64,000 bases of DNA from Octopus sinensis (taxonomy: Eukaryota). The notes beneath the pieces are model-generated. The model saw nothing but the letters and a program-made list of their open reading frames with translations, ran no database searches and was not told the origin of the DNA. Where the stretch lies: contig NC_043015.1 in the NCBI RefSeq assembly GCF_006345805.1, forward strand, positions 6,324,001-6,388,000, in the 5' to 3' direction. Shown piece by piece: positions 29,411 through 44,542 of the stretch (position 1 is its first letter; each line of letters opens with the position of its first letter). A program made the translations under genes and the position numbers.

Positions 29411-29466
29411 ATATATAATATATATATATATATATGTATGTATGTATGTATATATATATATATATA

Positions 29467-29509
<43 letters not shown>

Positions 29510-30412
29510 ATATATATATATATACACACAAACATATATGTTTATATATCTAATGTATATATATATATATATATATAATGCAAAAAAAACGAAGTGCAAA
29601 AATAAAACAACACGTGAGGACGTGGTACAGGCAAAGTATTAGCAGATAGTAATGTATTTGTGTACATTTGTAGATGAATTTACTTGTATAGATGAATGTG
29701 TATAAATGTGAGTGTCTTAGTAGTCATGTGTATGCGTATATGGATATATCACGTGTTTGTATAGTTCCTTTTTTGTCCAACATACATAAAGAATGTATGT
29801 GGAATTTTTTTACCAGTATGAATATGTGCGTTAATCCTCATATACAAACACATTTCAATTTTTATCCCTTACTTTTCATCTGTTTTATTTCCTTCTGTTT
29901 TATTTCCTTCTGTCCTTCACTCAATTCTCTAATTGAATAATACTGATTTTTATTTGAGTATATCACGTGACGCTATCTTTATGTTCGTGTATTTAGTACG
30001 AATAATGGAGAACTGTCTGTCTTTTTTCTTTATGCAGCATATTAAATTTCATTTCTGATAATTTAATGTAGTTATTTTATACCATAGACACGATGTGCCT
30101 AAAAATAAATTCTCCTGTTGAGAAACTTATTTAAGCTTCTTAATTAGACTCCAAGAAATTACATGTTTGTGAGTTACGTCACCGGGGCAACTAAATTATA
30201 AGATATATAATTTTACGCATTGTGCTTCAATATATTCCTCGGAAGATGTGTATCTGATAGTTATGAATATATCTATATCACTCCAAATAAGTAGGATCCC
30301 ACACCTGGCCCTTGCCTGCCTCTATCAGACTCTTTATCTCTTGCAAGATTATGGACAAGGGCCCCTTTAATGCCATGAGGCGCTGAACTAACAGAACTTT
30401 TAGATATTAGGG

Positions 30413-30526
30413 AAATAACACGAAATATATTAGAAGGGAAGGAAAATGTTGGTAATCTGACTTCGTGGCAACGTGTAGTTTGGTATAGTACATGTGTGAT
30501 GTGGAATTTCTCTTACATATTCATAT
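30413..30526. repeat. Dispersed direct repeat, copy B (114 bp)
   Basis: Aligns to 28762-28876 and shares catgtgtgatgtggaatttc.cttacatattcatat. Confidence 0.9.
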
Positions 30527-32239
30527 TTGTTCGTGTTTTCTACGCTCTGTTAATAGATTTTGGCATAGTCTTCTTCGCATTCATTCGTTTCTGGGTTGAT
30601 GAAAAGAAAATCCCAATCCAGCATAATGTATGAGTTCAAGTCGTTGGAGGGATGCGTAATGGTATGTGTCCTGACTCGTTGGCATTCTGCTAAACTACCC
30701 AACATCTAAAACTACATCTAAAACTACCCAACATTTGCGGCACTTCAATGTCAATGAAAGAGATGTTATGCAAGAACAACATCGAATATTCGACAAGCAT
30801 AAGAAAAGTAAAACTTGCCTAGTGGTTGTAGAGTAAATGTCCAGCAGTAACCGATAGTAACACCTTCGTTACATCTTTGCAGTGCTTATCGTGTTTACAT
30901 TTTTGCTCTTCTTTTCCTCCCTTCTATGCCCGAGTTTATGCAAAACGATTACGGAACTTTCCGTCTCGCCAAACCCGTCTTAAAATCACAAAGTCAACCA
31001 CTGCCTTCTCTTTGTCATATGCTGCAAACATATCGAATGACGGTTACTATAATATAATCCTTATTGTCACATTTCCTCTAACAATATATATGCCGTATGG
31101 TTCAAACCTTATGTACAATCTTTCAGAAGTAGAGTTTGGAAACCAGTCTTTAAATAAATGCCAAAAACACACAAAACCTCAGCATCGCTAATACTGACAG
31201 CAACAGGATGCTTGTTTCACTTTTTTATCCGTTTTAAATTAGGGAAAAGAAATATGGTATTTGCAGTTTGGAAAATAACGACTGTCGCGAAAATTACTGC
31301 ATGGCTTGGTAACATTTATTGTTTTAGCTGTCAAGGAGAATAGATATTATCAATCCAAAACAATAAATATGTGATTACATGTTTCGTATGTAAAGTTTTA
31401 AATGCAGTATTAACAGAGATTGAATATTTTACAGGATGGTAGAGCAATATTTCTAATTTTGCCATAATCCTGCTTAAGATACTTTTCCTAATGTTTCCCT
31501 ATTTGAAACTGTTGGTGTAATGAGCACAACTGGATTAGATAGGAATTCACATACAATCTTTAAGTGTGAACGTTGTTCCTTTCGGTATTAGTATTCCATA
31601 CATCGACTAATAAGGAGTTCCGGTGTAATTCTATGTCACGCTTCATTGATCTCATGCATCATGTTCTCGATAACTTATCTATAATCTTCGATGAATGTAT
31701 GAAGCTGTTATCGGCTGTACGAAGAATAGTCCAGTGAGTAGAGACTCTACGATTTGAAAGCGAGCATACATGTGAATATTTCGCATGATAATATACGCAT
31801 TATCCCAAGTTGGAAAAAAATTGTCTTATTTCGGAATGCCAAATGCAGGATCACATCAAATAATTCATTTTCATAGAAAGAAAGGAGGTTAATTTCTTTC
31901 AATCTAATAGATTAAAACCAAAACGTGTCAGATACGGTTAAGTGATGCCTATGGTTATTGAAATGTTTAGCGCCATATTTCTAAATCTTAATAAATTAAT
32001 CAGTTTCCTATAGTAATAACTTCACCTGTTATGCAGGTTTATGCACATGTGATTTTATGCATATATTTATATGTTTGTATGTATATATACACTTTCATTT
32101 ATATATATGTACACACACATATATATACCTATATATAACGTATATAAAACACACTCACACACACACACGCATACACACACACACACACATATATATATAT
32201 TCATTTATACATGTATCTATGTATCTCTCTCTCTCTATA

Positions 32240-32325
32240 TATATATATATCCATATATATATATATATATATATATCCATTATAATATATATATATATAT
32301 CCATATATATATATATTATATATCC

Positions 32326-32360
<35 letters not shown>

Positions 32361-32383
32361 CCATATATATTATATATATATAT

Positions 32384-32429
<46 letters not shown>

Positions 32430-32613
32430 ATATATATTATATATATATATATATATATCCATATATATATTATATATATATATATCCATATATATATATA
32501 TATATATATATCCATATATATATATATATATATCCATATATATTATAATATATATATATCCATATATATATATATATATATATATCCATATATATATATA
32601 TATATCCATATAT

Positions 32614-32644
<31 letters not shown>

Positions 32645-32653
32645 TATATATAT

Positions 32654-32687
<34 letters not shown>

Positions 32688-32690
32688 CAC
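32240..32690. repeat. Compound minisatellite: (TA)n punctuated by CC
   Basis: More than a dozen atCCatatat... units of variable length. Confidence 0.92.
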
Positions 32691-33024
32691 ACTCACATTA
32701 TATATACATATAAATAAAATCCTGCTGGCCTAGCGAAATTATTATTTTCTGAAATAATGTGAGCAAAAGTAAAACTAAGTGGAATATCTTTCTGGAAGTT
32801 ACTAAAGCTACAATACTGATATATTTTTCATTCAGTCTCCTTTTGTTATCCGATAAGTGCATAGCCACTGAAATGGATTAGGTCTATTGAATTATGTCTG
32901 CATTGAAATGAATTTGATGCCCGTTTAGTATACCCGTGAACAATCTCTAATATGCTGCTTCAATAATCTGAAGTAGTTTCCCAAACGATGATATTCATCT
33001 GCTCCCCAGATTTCTGTCTCCTAT

Positions 33025-33218
33025 ATTTCTTCTTCTTCTTCTTCTTCTTCCACTTCTCCTTCTTCTTCTTCTTCTTCTTCTTCTTCTCTTCTTCTTCTTC
33101 TTTTCTTCTTCTTCTTCTTCTTCTTCTTCTTCTTCTTCTTCTTCTTCTTCTTCTCTGCTTCTTCTTCTCATCCTCTTCCTTCTCCCCTTCTTTTTCTTCT
33201 TCTTATCATTATTGTTGC

Positions 33219-33268
<50 letters not shown>
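33025..33268. repeat. (CTT)n followed by (ATT)n
   Basis: Directly visible. Confidence 0.95.
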
Positions 33269-33271
<3 letters not shown>

Positions 33272-34150
33272 CTTGCTCCTCACTCTTCTTTGTAATCTCC
33301 GTTCGCATTCGCTTCTTCTGCATTTTTATCCAATATTTCTCTTACTATATTTCTTCACAATATCCTCTAGTCTCCTTATTTTTTTTATCCACTCTCTTCT
33401 CCGCATTTTTGTTCTCCTTTATATTTCTCCTCGTAACTTTACCACCTATATTTTCTTACTTTAGTACTTTCACTTATCCATAATATTACTACTAATCGAT
33501 AAAAGCTGGGTAATAATTTATTTCCATCCTTCTACGTTCTGGTTTCAAATCCGACTAATGTTGCTGCTATTTTACTTCCCTTCGCTTCACACCAATCATA
33601 CGATTGCTAATTCAAGCGTTACATCCCATGCCATTGTAATTGTTTAATGATAAAATTATTTTCTCAGAAAAGAGTTAAGTATGTTTCAGAAATCGTTCAT
33701 ACAATTAATCAGAATTAAATAAAAGCTGTGTGAGAATGGCTTAATACTATTCACAATCTAATGTTAATAAATAACAAGAGGGCATATATCTATCCTTATA
33801 GGTTAACTGTCAAATATATCTACAGATATAGTTCTGCATTATTCTATAATATGTCAGAAGATGACACATTATAAGTCACTAGAGAACTACTTGTTCACGA
33901 ATACGCTTTATCTTTCATCCCTTAAAGGCAGAATATATTTTAGAAATAGGTATCAATGAATCCATTATCGATCGTAATTATTATGAATTGCATTTGTTTC
34001 TATGATTTCATATACAAGTTTGTTGATTGTGGCTGTATTAAGGTCTCCTGAAAACATTTTCAATCTTGCTTTCCCTTGATATGAAACACGTGATTCTAAT
34101 ATTGAGCGTTACTAAGTATTATAATTACATGTTAAGACGTCAAACTTTTG

Positions 34151-34318
34151 GAATCGTTATTGCGACGGGCAAAATACTTAACGGTATTTCGTCTGTCTTT
34201 ACGTTCTGAGTTCAAATACAACCAAGGTCTACTTCGCCTTTCAATCTTTTGGGGACGCTGGTGTCGATGTAATTGACTTAGCCCATACGAAATTACTGAA
34301 CTTTTGTGAAAATGTGAA
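34151..34318 (+). mobile_element. SINE (13734 family), internally deleted
   Basis: Contains gaatcgtta, cttaacggtatttcgtctgtctttacgttctgagttcaaat, gcctttcaatctttttgggg and gtcgatgtaattgactta. Confidence 0.7.
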
Positions 34319-34643
34319 AACATGGCCGAGTGCCCTATTTCCGTCCGGCTTTTCTCTTCTATGCTTTTTGAGCTACATGTTAAAATTAGTAAGACGGCTG
34401 TCATTGTCGTTGCATCTGATATCACTGTGCACTTATTTGTGTATATATACTTGCAAATCCTTTTTCCTTAATATTTTTACGCTCACCATTTAAAGATTCA
34501 TTGAAAATATACCACTCAAGTACTGAGATCTATTTATTCAGACTACATAATTTCCAACTGCGTCAACATTTACTCGGAGCCTACATCCTAGCATTAAAAT
34601 AAGGCTAACGTATTACATGTAAATAATGCTATTAATGTTAACA

Positions 34644-34705
<62 letters not shown>

Positions 34706-35456
34706 GTAATCAAATAAATATTGTAATCATCAAGTTCCACTGTTTGGATATGCATGTCGTTCTAATTAGAGTAGAAAATCGTATGGCAGATACGAAAGCT
34801 AAGATAAAAGCAATGTGCTTAATCAATATGTAAAACAACATCTGCATGTGTTTTATCTAAAGTTCCTTGATATATTTAAGGAACAACGGAAACGGAATGA
34901 AAATGAAAAATACGCGATAAAGATCATTTTTTCAAATATTTCTATTCAATGCACTATCGGTGATGCAAAGACACATACATAACTACAAATGCATATGATT
35001 GCATAGGCGTACACATCAGCATACACACGAGTGTGCGTGTGCAATGTAGGTGTGCAGGCACGTGCAATTACGCGTATAATCACTCGCAAAATACAAATGT
35101 GTTTCTCTTTGCTAAATACACACGCACGGATATATGCGTAGATTCGTGTAAGTGTGAATCTGACCGAGAGTGTGTATTTAAACATATAAAAATGCATATA
35201 TAACTACCGCTCTCTCTCTTTCTCTCTTCATCTATCTATCTATCTATCCACTTGCGTACACACAATCACGTATATATATATACATATGTATACACATATA
35301 CGCATATATATCTATACGTACATATATATATATATATATTATATATATATATATGTCTATACGTACATATATATATATATGAACATATATATATATAAAG
35401 ACATATATATATATGTAAATATTTATATATATATACATACATATTTATATATATAT

Positions 35457-35492
<36 letters not shown>

Positions 35493-35980
35493 CGTATACA
35501 TATACATATTGTGAAAAAAATAGGAGAAAGCACGGAGAAAACAATAATATAAATAATGGAGTAAATCTATTTTTCAAGCAGCATGGAACAAAAATTATTT
35601 ACGAAAAAGTTAAGCAATATCAAAGCAATGATTACAAATATTTGAGAATATTCAAATTAGTTGTTAACATATACCGCGTTTGAAAATTAACAAAAAAAAT
35701 GTGTGAAATATATAGATTTTTTTTTTAATGTTTAATATTCTTTAATTTATTTTCAGATCATACGATTGCATCTGTTATCAATTCAATCACTTGTTTTTCT
35801 TGTGATAGTTTTTGCTTAGCTTTCTTTTATATCTTGGTGAATAGTTTTCTCATATTTAACAAAAGTTGAGCAGCACTACATGTAAAAGGTTAAGGAAAAA
35901 GAAACCCTGATATAATCGATAAATACTCCGTGTGTCACTTATACACTAAATATCTCATTTGTATATATATATACATACAT

Positions 35981-36083
<103 letters not shown>

Positions 36084-36108
36084 GGAGATAGTTATAGATA
36101 AAAAAAAA

Positions 36109-36139
<31 letters not shown>

Positions 36140-36738
36140 ATATATATACATGCATAGATACATACATACATAGGTACGTTCGTACGTCTGAATTTACGTA
36201 AGCGTCTATGTGTGTAATAGTACGCATATAAATATTGTACACATATATGTGTGCGTGAACCTTTATATATACTTCTATGCTAATATCAATATCTCTCTAT
36301 GTTCCTCCCTCTCTTTGTCACTCCCGCTACACCCCCGCCTTCGCACACGCACACAGAGAGAGAGAGAAGCATGCGCACACATACACCCTCATATGTTATA
36401 CACAAAATACCAAAGTACACAGATGTATGTACGTTTGAATGTAGAGAAAAGACAATAAATTTGTGGAGGCAAGCGAAACAGAGGGACAAAGAGAAATGGA
36501 AACAGGGAGAGGGAGAGAGAAAGGTTGATTATGGCATCACAGAGCATAAAACATTTAGTGCAGCAAAATCACTTTTGTTCTTCCTTCAGAACATGGCCAA
36601 ACGTTACAAATCCTCTACAAACGAGAATTAAAACACTGACTATGCTGCAATGAACGGGTTATACATGAGTGGAGTGGAGGGGATGGCGCATGAGTGTGTA
36701 CACACATATGTATACATATATGTAATATATATATATAT

Positions 36739-36773
<35 letters not shown>

Positions 36774-36776
36774 GTA

Positions 36777-36807
<31 letters not shown>

Positions 36808-36809
36808 CA

Positions 36810-36857
<48 letters not shown>

Positions 36858-36954
36858 ATATAATATATATATATATATATATATTTATATCTATATTTAT
36901 ACATAGATATATATATATATTTATATCTATATTTATATATATACATATATATAT

Positions 36955-36990
<36 letters not shown>

Positions 36991-36994
36991 TATA

Positions 36995-37032
<38 letters not shown>

Positions 37033-39271
37033 TTTATATATATACATATATATACATACATATATAATATATATATTTGTGTGTGTTTGTGTGTTTATAC
37101 ATGTATATACTTATGTATGTATGAATGTAAGTATGTATGTGAATGTTGAAAAGAATGGGTGTTGGATTTGCCAAAAATTAATTTCGAAATTTTGAAATAT
37201 CCTACGAAATAAAATATTTTAGATTTTCCCTCTAAATGAGATTAAAAAGAGCAATAATTTCTTCCTACATGGATACATACACAGTGAAAACATCATAACT
37301 ACACATGTGGGCACGTATGTGTGTGTTTTTGTGTGTCAGTAAACTCGCATTTTTGTTCTTTTCTAAGATATATAACTACATATAATTGTCATTCGAGTTC
37401 TTTTTACGCCATTTATTAATATTGGAACCGATATGAAACAATGCTCTCTAGTTTGTTTGTTCTGTTTTGTTTTGTTTTTTTTTTCTGTGAAGAATATCAT
37501 ACCATATATTATAGCTGTTTCAGGTCAACATGACCTCTTATAAACGATATTCATTTAATAACGGTTTATTTCCTTCCTTTTATCGATGTAACAAGTACTC
37601 CTATCATTTTAGAATTACCTGCGTATGTACATGTTTCTTTATATCTCGTTGAATATTTGAATAGGAAACTATATACCATCAATCAATGAGCTTTGCGTCT
37701 TTATTGTCAAAGGAAACGGGATGTATCTTACTCCGAATGCAAAAACTGCTACGTCCTCTTCGAAAATGGCTATATATCATTTCAGTATTAAGACAAGTGA
37801 TTTCCTTCCTTTTCTGTTTCTCTTTAGTGCACGCTGAATTGTACCACGAATAAGCAGTGCAAATCTAAGTCTCGCATGTTGAGACATTTAAGTCCTTCTG
37901 TTATATAGGGTAACTTAATTTACATTACCCAAGATTCCTGAGAATAGGGTCATTGAGACTACCCGCCACTATTAAAACTCATGAAATTCATAATTTGAAG
38001 GTGTCTTTCCTGATTGTTGGGTGTCGCTAAATACTGCAGCTCTGTTTTAGATTTCTTGCCTCAACGCGCAGAAAATTTCAAAATATTAGGAACTTATTGC
38101 GTATATCATTAGTATCATCACATATTTTGTAGATTCACTAATTAATCGCAATGTTGGAACAATATCATCTGCTCCTTAACTAGTATAAATTATTTATACT
38201 AAATCGATGAAGTTATCATGAGTGCTAGAATGAGTTAACTGACTGCGTTGGTTATATCGTATGTATATAACTTTAGCCCCTTTGAATCTTCATTGAGTAG
38301 AATGCGGGTAGAAAATCAAGTGAAAAACACGACAAAATTTAGAAATTGATGAGTACATTGATCCACTATTAATTGTAGAGGAGAAATATGGGAAAGTCAA
38401 ATCTGCATAACAATTATGCCCTATACATTTCAGACAAAACTATTGCAAATATGTAAGCGGAGCAGTAGTAATATGCAAAGCGCTTCTCCATCTTAAAATG
38501 TGACGTTGTTTTCGTCATCTACTTTCAAAAAATAAACCTATGTACTTTTGTTAGGAACCAGATCCTTCCTCATAGGAAGAATTTAAATAATTAAAAACAG
38601 AAGAGAAACATACATACTTACACACATACATATACATACTAACCTCCATATATACGAACAAATATGTACATACATATGTATACAAACATACATATATATA
38701 CGAACATGCACCTACATGCATATGCATACATACATGCACACTTTATTCACACCAATATTTAAAAAAATTACAAATGTTACTTAGAAAATCTATTGGATCC
38801 TTATACGTTATAAAATTCGTAAACATCAATTAGCTTAGCATCCGAAGGGGTAATTAAATGTATGAAACATCGTCATTAATTAAAGCGGTGTACTTCCCGG
38901 TTGAAGAATCACATAGAGGTTTTCCTTGCAATATTTTAACAAATTCCCTCATTTTATGCCATTATAACTTTATAACCATAGACACGTTCAAATTCTATAC
39001 ATCCACCGTCAATAAAATAAAATGTTTCCACAAAATATTTCGAAATTACAGCATTGATTTTGATGATTTCACTACCTGGAATATTGCCATTTTAATAATT
39101 CGATTCATGTCCACCCGATAGAGCATTCTCGCATTCCTATCCGTTCCAACAAGCATTAAATTAATCAATACGATCAATAGCGTAATCTGTCTTTGCAACA
39201 TTTCTCTAGCTCTTCGTATTTAGAGGTGTTGCAACGATAAATAACAGTGTGAGTGTATGAGAGAGGGAGAG

Positions 39272-39303
<32 letters not shown>

Positions 39304-40051
39304 CGAAATGGGGAATTAGAGAGAGATTGATTAAAACAATAAGCTATCTCATTAAATATTATTATTTAACCTGAGATCAAATCTGATTGGCCAAACTTAT
39401 CATCAAAAGCGTTCCAACTGTTACGATACGTCGTTATTGATATCTACGTCGACTTCATTTAGTGGTCCTGTCTTTATATACAGCTTTGTGATCTGAAAGA
39501 CTGTGGTTGATATGCTATATATTAGGTCAACCAAACACGAAGAAGCGCCCTCACTTGTTCACGAAATACCGCATTGTTCTTATCGTATCATTTCTTTTTT
39601 TCTTTTTATGCTTAAGATAATCCTTTAACCAAATATATTCATCTATTGCTGATACGAAATCTGCCTCATTATACAATGAATATTTCGTTATGAAAAATTT
39701 GCCAAATGTTTGTCTTTGAGTGAAGACATATATACAATGTATTGGCAAAATGACTGTACCAAATAAACGGATTTGATATCGTTATAGATTGTAAGTGATA
39801 GAATGAAGGTTCAACTAACAATCTCTATGAGTGTTGATGATATAGTATCACTATACAAAACAGTTGCTATTCATTACTATGCTCTATTGAATGATTCGTA
39901 TGGAGCCAACGCGTGAATGTTTTATTTTGCGAGGCTTAACGGGACCATACATTATTTCTGCTGCTGTCGATTTTGATATTGATAACGCTCGTGGTCGTGG
40001 TTACATTGTTATCGATTTTTGTTCTAGGTCAATACAAAATGTGCATACTTA

Positions 40052-40100
<49 letters not shown>

Positions 40101-40130
40101 CTCACAAACACACACACACACACACACACA

Positions 40131-40191
<61 letters not shown>

Positions 40192-40851
40192 ATATATATA
40201 TGTAAACTATTGACTATCCGATCTTTCTTTCTAGAATACTGAATCTCTGACTGAAATGCCTGATACCATTTTTTAGAATATCAATAAATATTTTGAGCGA
40301 GATTTCGCTGTTATTTCACTCAACTGCAGCGGGGGACTGTTTGCAAGAGTCGACCATCATACGGCTTGGAATGCGTTCATTTGAGAAGCTAGAAAAATAG
40401 TTATTAGCAAGAAACTGGAATCGCATATTGGATCGCTGTATCAAGCATTGATTTTTTACGTTACTAATTAAAAACTGATTAATCACATGTTCGTGTAGCA
40501 ATATAAAGAACATATAAAAGGTGCGACAATACGAATCGAAAAACCCATTAACCTACATAATTATGCCAAACTATTTTTCAAAATCTAGAGTTCGATTCTA
40601 CCATGGGACAAACTGGGGCACTCCTAGGGCGTCGGATAGACTCTAAGCATATTCTATTGATGTTGTCAGGGAATTAGCTTAACAAGGCAATTTTCCGGAG
40701 AACGTCAAACATATACTCTATAATTCTCTATGTACGTTGTTCAGATGATCAAACAGTTAGAATATTCGGTGTAGCATTGTACAGATATATCTGTTAGTAT
40801 GTCTGTAACATTTTATGTTATGAGACCTAATACTACTTTGTCCACAAGTTA

Positions 40852-41014
40852 GAATGTGAGTGACTGCGTGGTAAGAAGCTTGTTTACCAACCACATGGTT
40901 ATGAGTTCAGTCCCACTGCATGACACCTTGGTCAAGTGTCTTCTGCTATAGCCTCGGGCCGACCAAAGCCTTGTGAGTGGATTTTAGTAGACGGAAACTG
41001 AAAGAAACTCATCG

Positions 41015-41084
<70 letters not shown>

Positions 41085-41277
41085 TTTGTAAAACATCGCT
41101 TGACAACCGATACTGGTGTGTTTACGTCCACGTAACCTAGTGGTTCGGCAAAAGAGACCGATAGAATAAGTACTAAGCTTACAAAGAATAAGTTCTGGGG
41201 TAGATTTGCTCGACTAGATGCAGTGCTCCAGCATGGCCAATGTCAAATTGACTGAAACAACTAAAAGAGTAAAAGAG
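40852..41277 (+). mobile_element. tRNA-derived CORE-type SINE with internal (TA)(TG)(GA) microsatellite
   Basis: Head gtgactgcgtggtaagaagcttg...gagttcagtccc. CORE-like gacaccttggtcaagtgtctt. Short tandem tail taaaagagtaaaagag. The 3' half is repeated at 42465-42659. Confidence 0.83.
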
Positions 41278-42165
41278 CGGCACCAATATATATTGTGTTG
41301 CGTGTGTTCTTGACGGCAGTTCACTAAAGAGCCCTTATCTCTGATGTCACTTCGAGAAGTACATAAACATTGATGCTCTTATACTACAATATACACCTCC
41401 ATGTGGTTCATTATTATGCTAAAACTATCAGTAAAGTATTGTGCTCTTGGAAAAGGAAATGGATATCCTTGGTCAAAAACTTTCGAAGGCCAATGATATT
41501 TATATAACTACAAAATAATATTGTTAATAATTCACATATATTTATATCTCTCTCGATTAAAATCGCCCCACTTTTTTCTTAAAGGAAGATAGGATATAAC
41601 TAATCTGCATGAATATTTACAATATTTCGAAAGTATAACTTTGGAAGAGAATTTGAGTTTTACTATGTATAATAGAAAGAATAAATATCTAAACTAATAT
41701 TGGTAACTAAGGAGTATATATATTAAGCGATATGGCGTAGCAACAATATTAAAGAAAGCGGATGTTCTGTGGTAAGTATAATCCAATGATCTATAACAAG
41801 ATATTTATGCAATAAGCTACATATATATTACCCCAAATAGATAGGGGATAATAAACAAGTCAATTCAAACTGATGGAGCTAAATATCTTTACGATATAAA
41901 TATAAAACATAATATTGCACATACATATATCCACAGATATAGGATTGTAAGTGTGTGTGTCATACGTACGTACATACATACATACATATATATATAATAT
42001 ATATATATATAGATATATATATATTATATAATATATATATAGATATATATATATATATATAATATATATATATATATAGATATATATATATATATATATA
42101 GATATATATATATATAATATAGAGAGAAGAGAGAGAGATAGATACATCTATATAAACGTATGCAA

Positions 42166-42196
<31 letters not shown>

Positions 42197-42215
42197 ATAT
42201 GTGAGTGTATATACA

Positions 42216-42251
<36 letters not shown>

Positions 42252-42387
42252 AGTGTATATACACACATATATATATATATATACATACGCATATATAAAT
42301 TTATGTAAATATATGTGTGTATGTACGTGTGCGCATGATTGTATATATTATATATATGCGTGTGTGTATGTGTGTGAGAGAGATTGT

Positions 42388-42467
<80 letters not shown>

Positions 42468-43360
42468 TTTGTAAAACATCGCTTGACAACCGATACTGTG
42501 TGTTTACGTCCACGTAACCTAGTGGTTCGGCAAAAGAGACCGATAGAATAAGTACTAAGCTTACAAAGAATAAGTTCTGGGGTAGATTTGCTCGACTAGA
42601 TGCAGTGCTCCAGCATGGCCAATGTCAAATTGACTGAAACAACTAAAAGAGTAAAAGAGCGGCACCAATATATATTGTGTTGCGTGTGTTCTTTGACGGC
42701 AGTTCACTAAAGAGCCCTTATCTCTGATGTCACTTCGAGAAGTACATAAACATTGATGCTCTTATACTACAATATACACCTCCATGTGGTTCATTATTAT
42801 GCTAAAACTATCAGTAAAGTATTGTGCTCTTGGAAAAGGAAATGGATATCCTTGGTCAAAAACTTTCGAAGGCCAATGATATTTATATAACTACAAAATA
42901 ATATTGTTAATAATTCACATATATTTATATCTCTCTCGATTAAAATCGCCCCACTTTTTTCTTAAAGGAAGATAAGGATATAACTAATCTGCATGAATAT
43001 TTACAATATTTCGAAAGTAATAACTTTGGAAGAGAATTTGAGTTTTACTATGTATAATAGAAAGAATAAATATCTAAACTAATATTGGTAACTAAGGAGT
43101 ATATATATTAAGCGATATGGCGTAGCAACAATATTAAAGAAAGCGGATGTTCTGTGGTAAGTATAATCCAATGATCTATAACAAGATATTTATGCAATAA
43201 GCTACATATATATTACCCCAAATAGATAGGGGATAATAAACAAGTCAATTCAAACTGATGGAGCTAAATATCTCTTTACGATATAAATATAAAACATAAT
43301 ATTGCACATACATATATCCACAGATATAGGATTGTAAGTGTGTGTGTCATACGTACGTAC

Positions 43361-43426
<66 letters not shown>

Positions 43427-43429
43427 GAT

Positions 43430-43467
<38 letters not shown>

Positions 43468-43473
43468 GATATA

Positions 43474-43514
<41 letters not shown>

Positions 43515-43579
43515 TATATATATATATAATATAGAGAGAAGAGAGAGATAGATACATCTATATAAACGTATGCAAATAT

Positions 43580-43610
<31 letters not shown>

Positions 43611-43626
43611 TGTGAGTGTATATACA

Positions 43627-43660
<34 letters not shown>

Positions 43661-43795
43661 AGTGTATATACACACATATATATATATATACATACGCATA
43701 TATAAATTTATGTAAATATATGTGTGTATGTACGTGTGCGCATGATTGTATATATTTATATATATGCGTGTGTGTATGTGTGTGAGAGAGATTGT

Positions 43796-43832
<37 letters not shown>

Positions 43833-43846
43833 TGGGTGTGTGTGTG
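41082..43846. repeat. About 1.38-kb tandem duplication (copies start at 41082 and 42465)
   Basis: About 900 bp of unique sequence is repeated with period 1383. Both breakpoints fall in (GT)n/(GA)n tracts. Confidence 0.97.
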
Positions 43847-44508
43847 ATTTGTGCTTATTTTTGTATTCAATTAATAAATTTCTCATGTAAGCGAAAGGAA
43901 AGATATATCCAGCATAGCGAAACTTGATTTGATATACTTCCAAGAAGTTATTGCGAGAGATGGCATATTCTTAAGTGGGGACAGGGGTGGGTCTCTTTGC
44001 TTGAGTAACTCAGATCTTGAGGAAATATCTAGAACGTTGTGACCAATATTTGCTATATGTTAAAGCAGCTATATACAGCTATATAATAAATTGCAGAATT
44101 TGCCAGATTTATTATGAATATGAAATACATTTTTTGTATGTAAGCCAATAAATTCTGCTTTAAAATGTTCTGCTTCAGATATATGTGAATCATAATGGTA
44201 TAGGATACTAAAAATATTAAATTAGAAAAGCAACTTCGACAATTATCTCGGTTTTCCATATTTTCTGAGGGCTAATGTAAACCGAAAAACACTTCCCAGT
44301 TACATTAATATATGAATATTCTTATCAGGTGACTTCGATGTATCACGAACTTTTTATTTGTTTTAGAAAGACTATCAAGCGCCTCGTAATCAATTTACTT
44401 ACATAATGTACTGTGTGTACTGTAATTCTTTCAGTCAGTATCCAAGGAAATGTACTAGAGACACGTGTGTGTTACTATCGTTTCCGATAATAAATTTGTG
44501 TACACGTA

Positions 44509-44542
<34 letters not shown>

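Noticed and set aside
37800-37915. Strong polypyrimidine-AG followed by a later GT (candidate exon)
   Set aside because: All three frames contain stops before the donor. It could only be a non-coding or terminal exon, and nothing else supports that.
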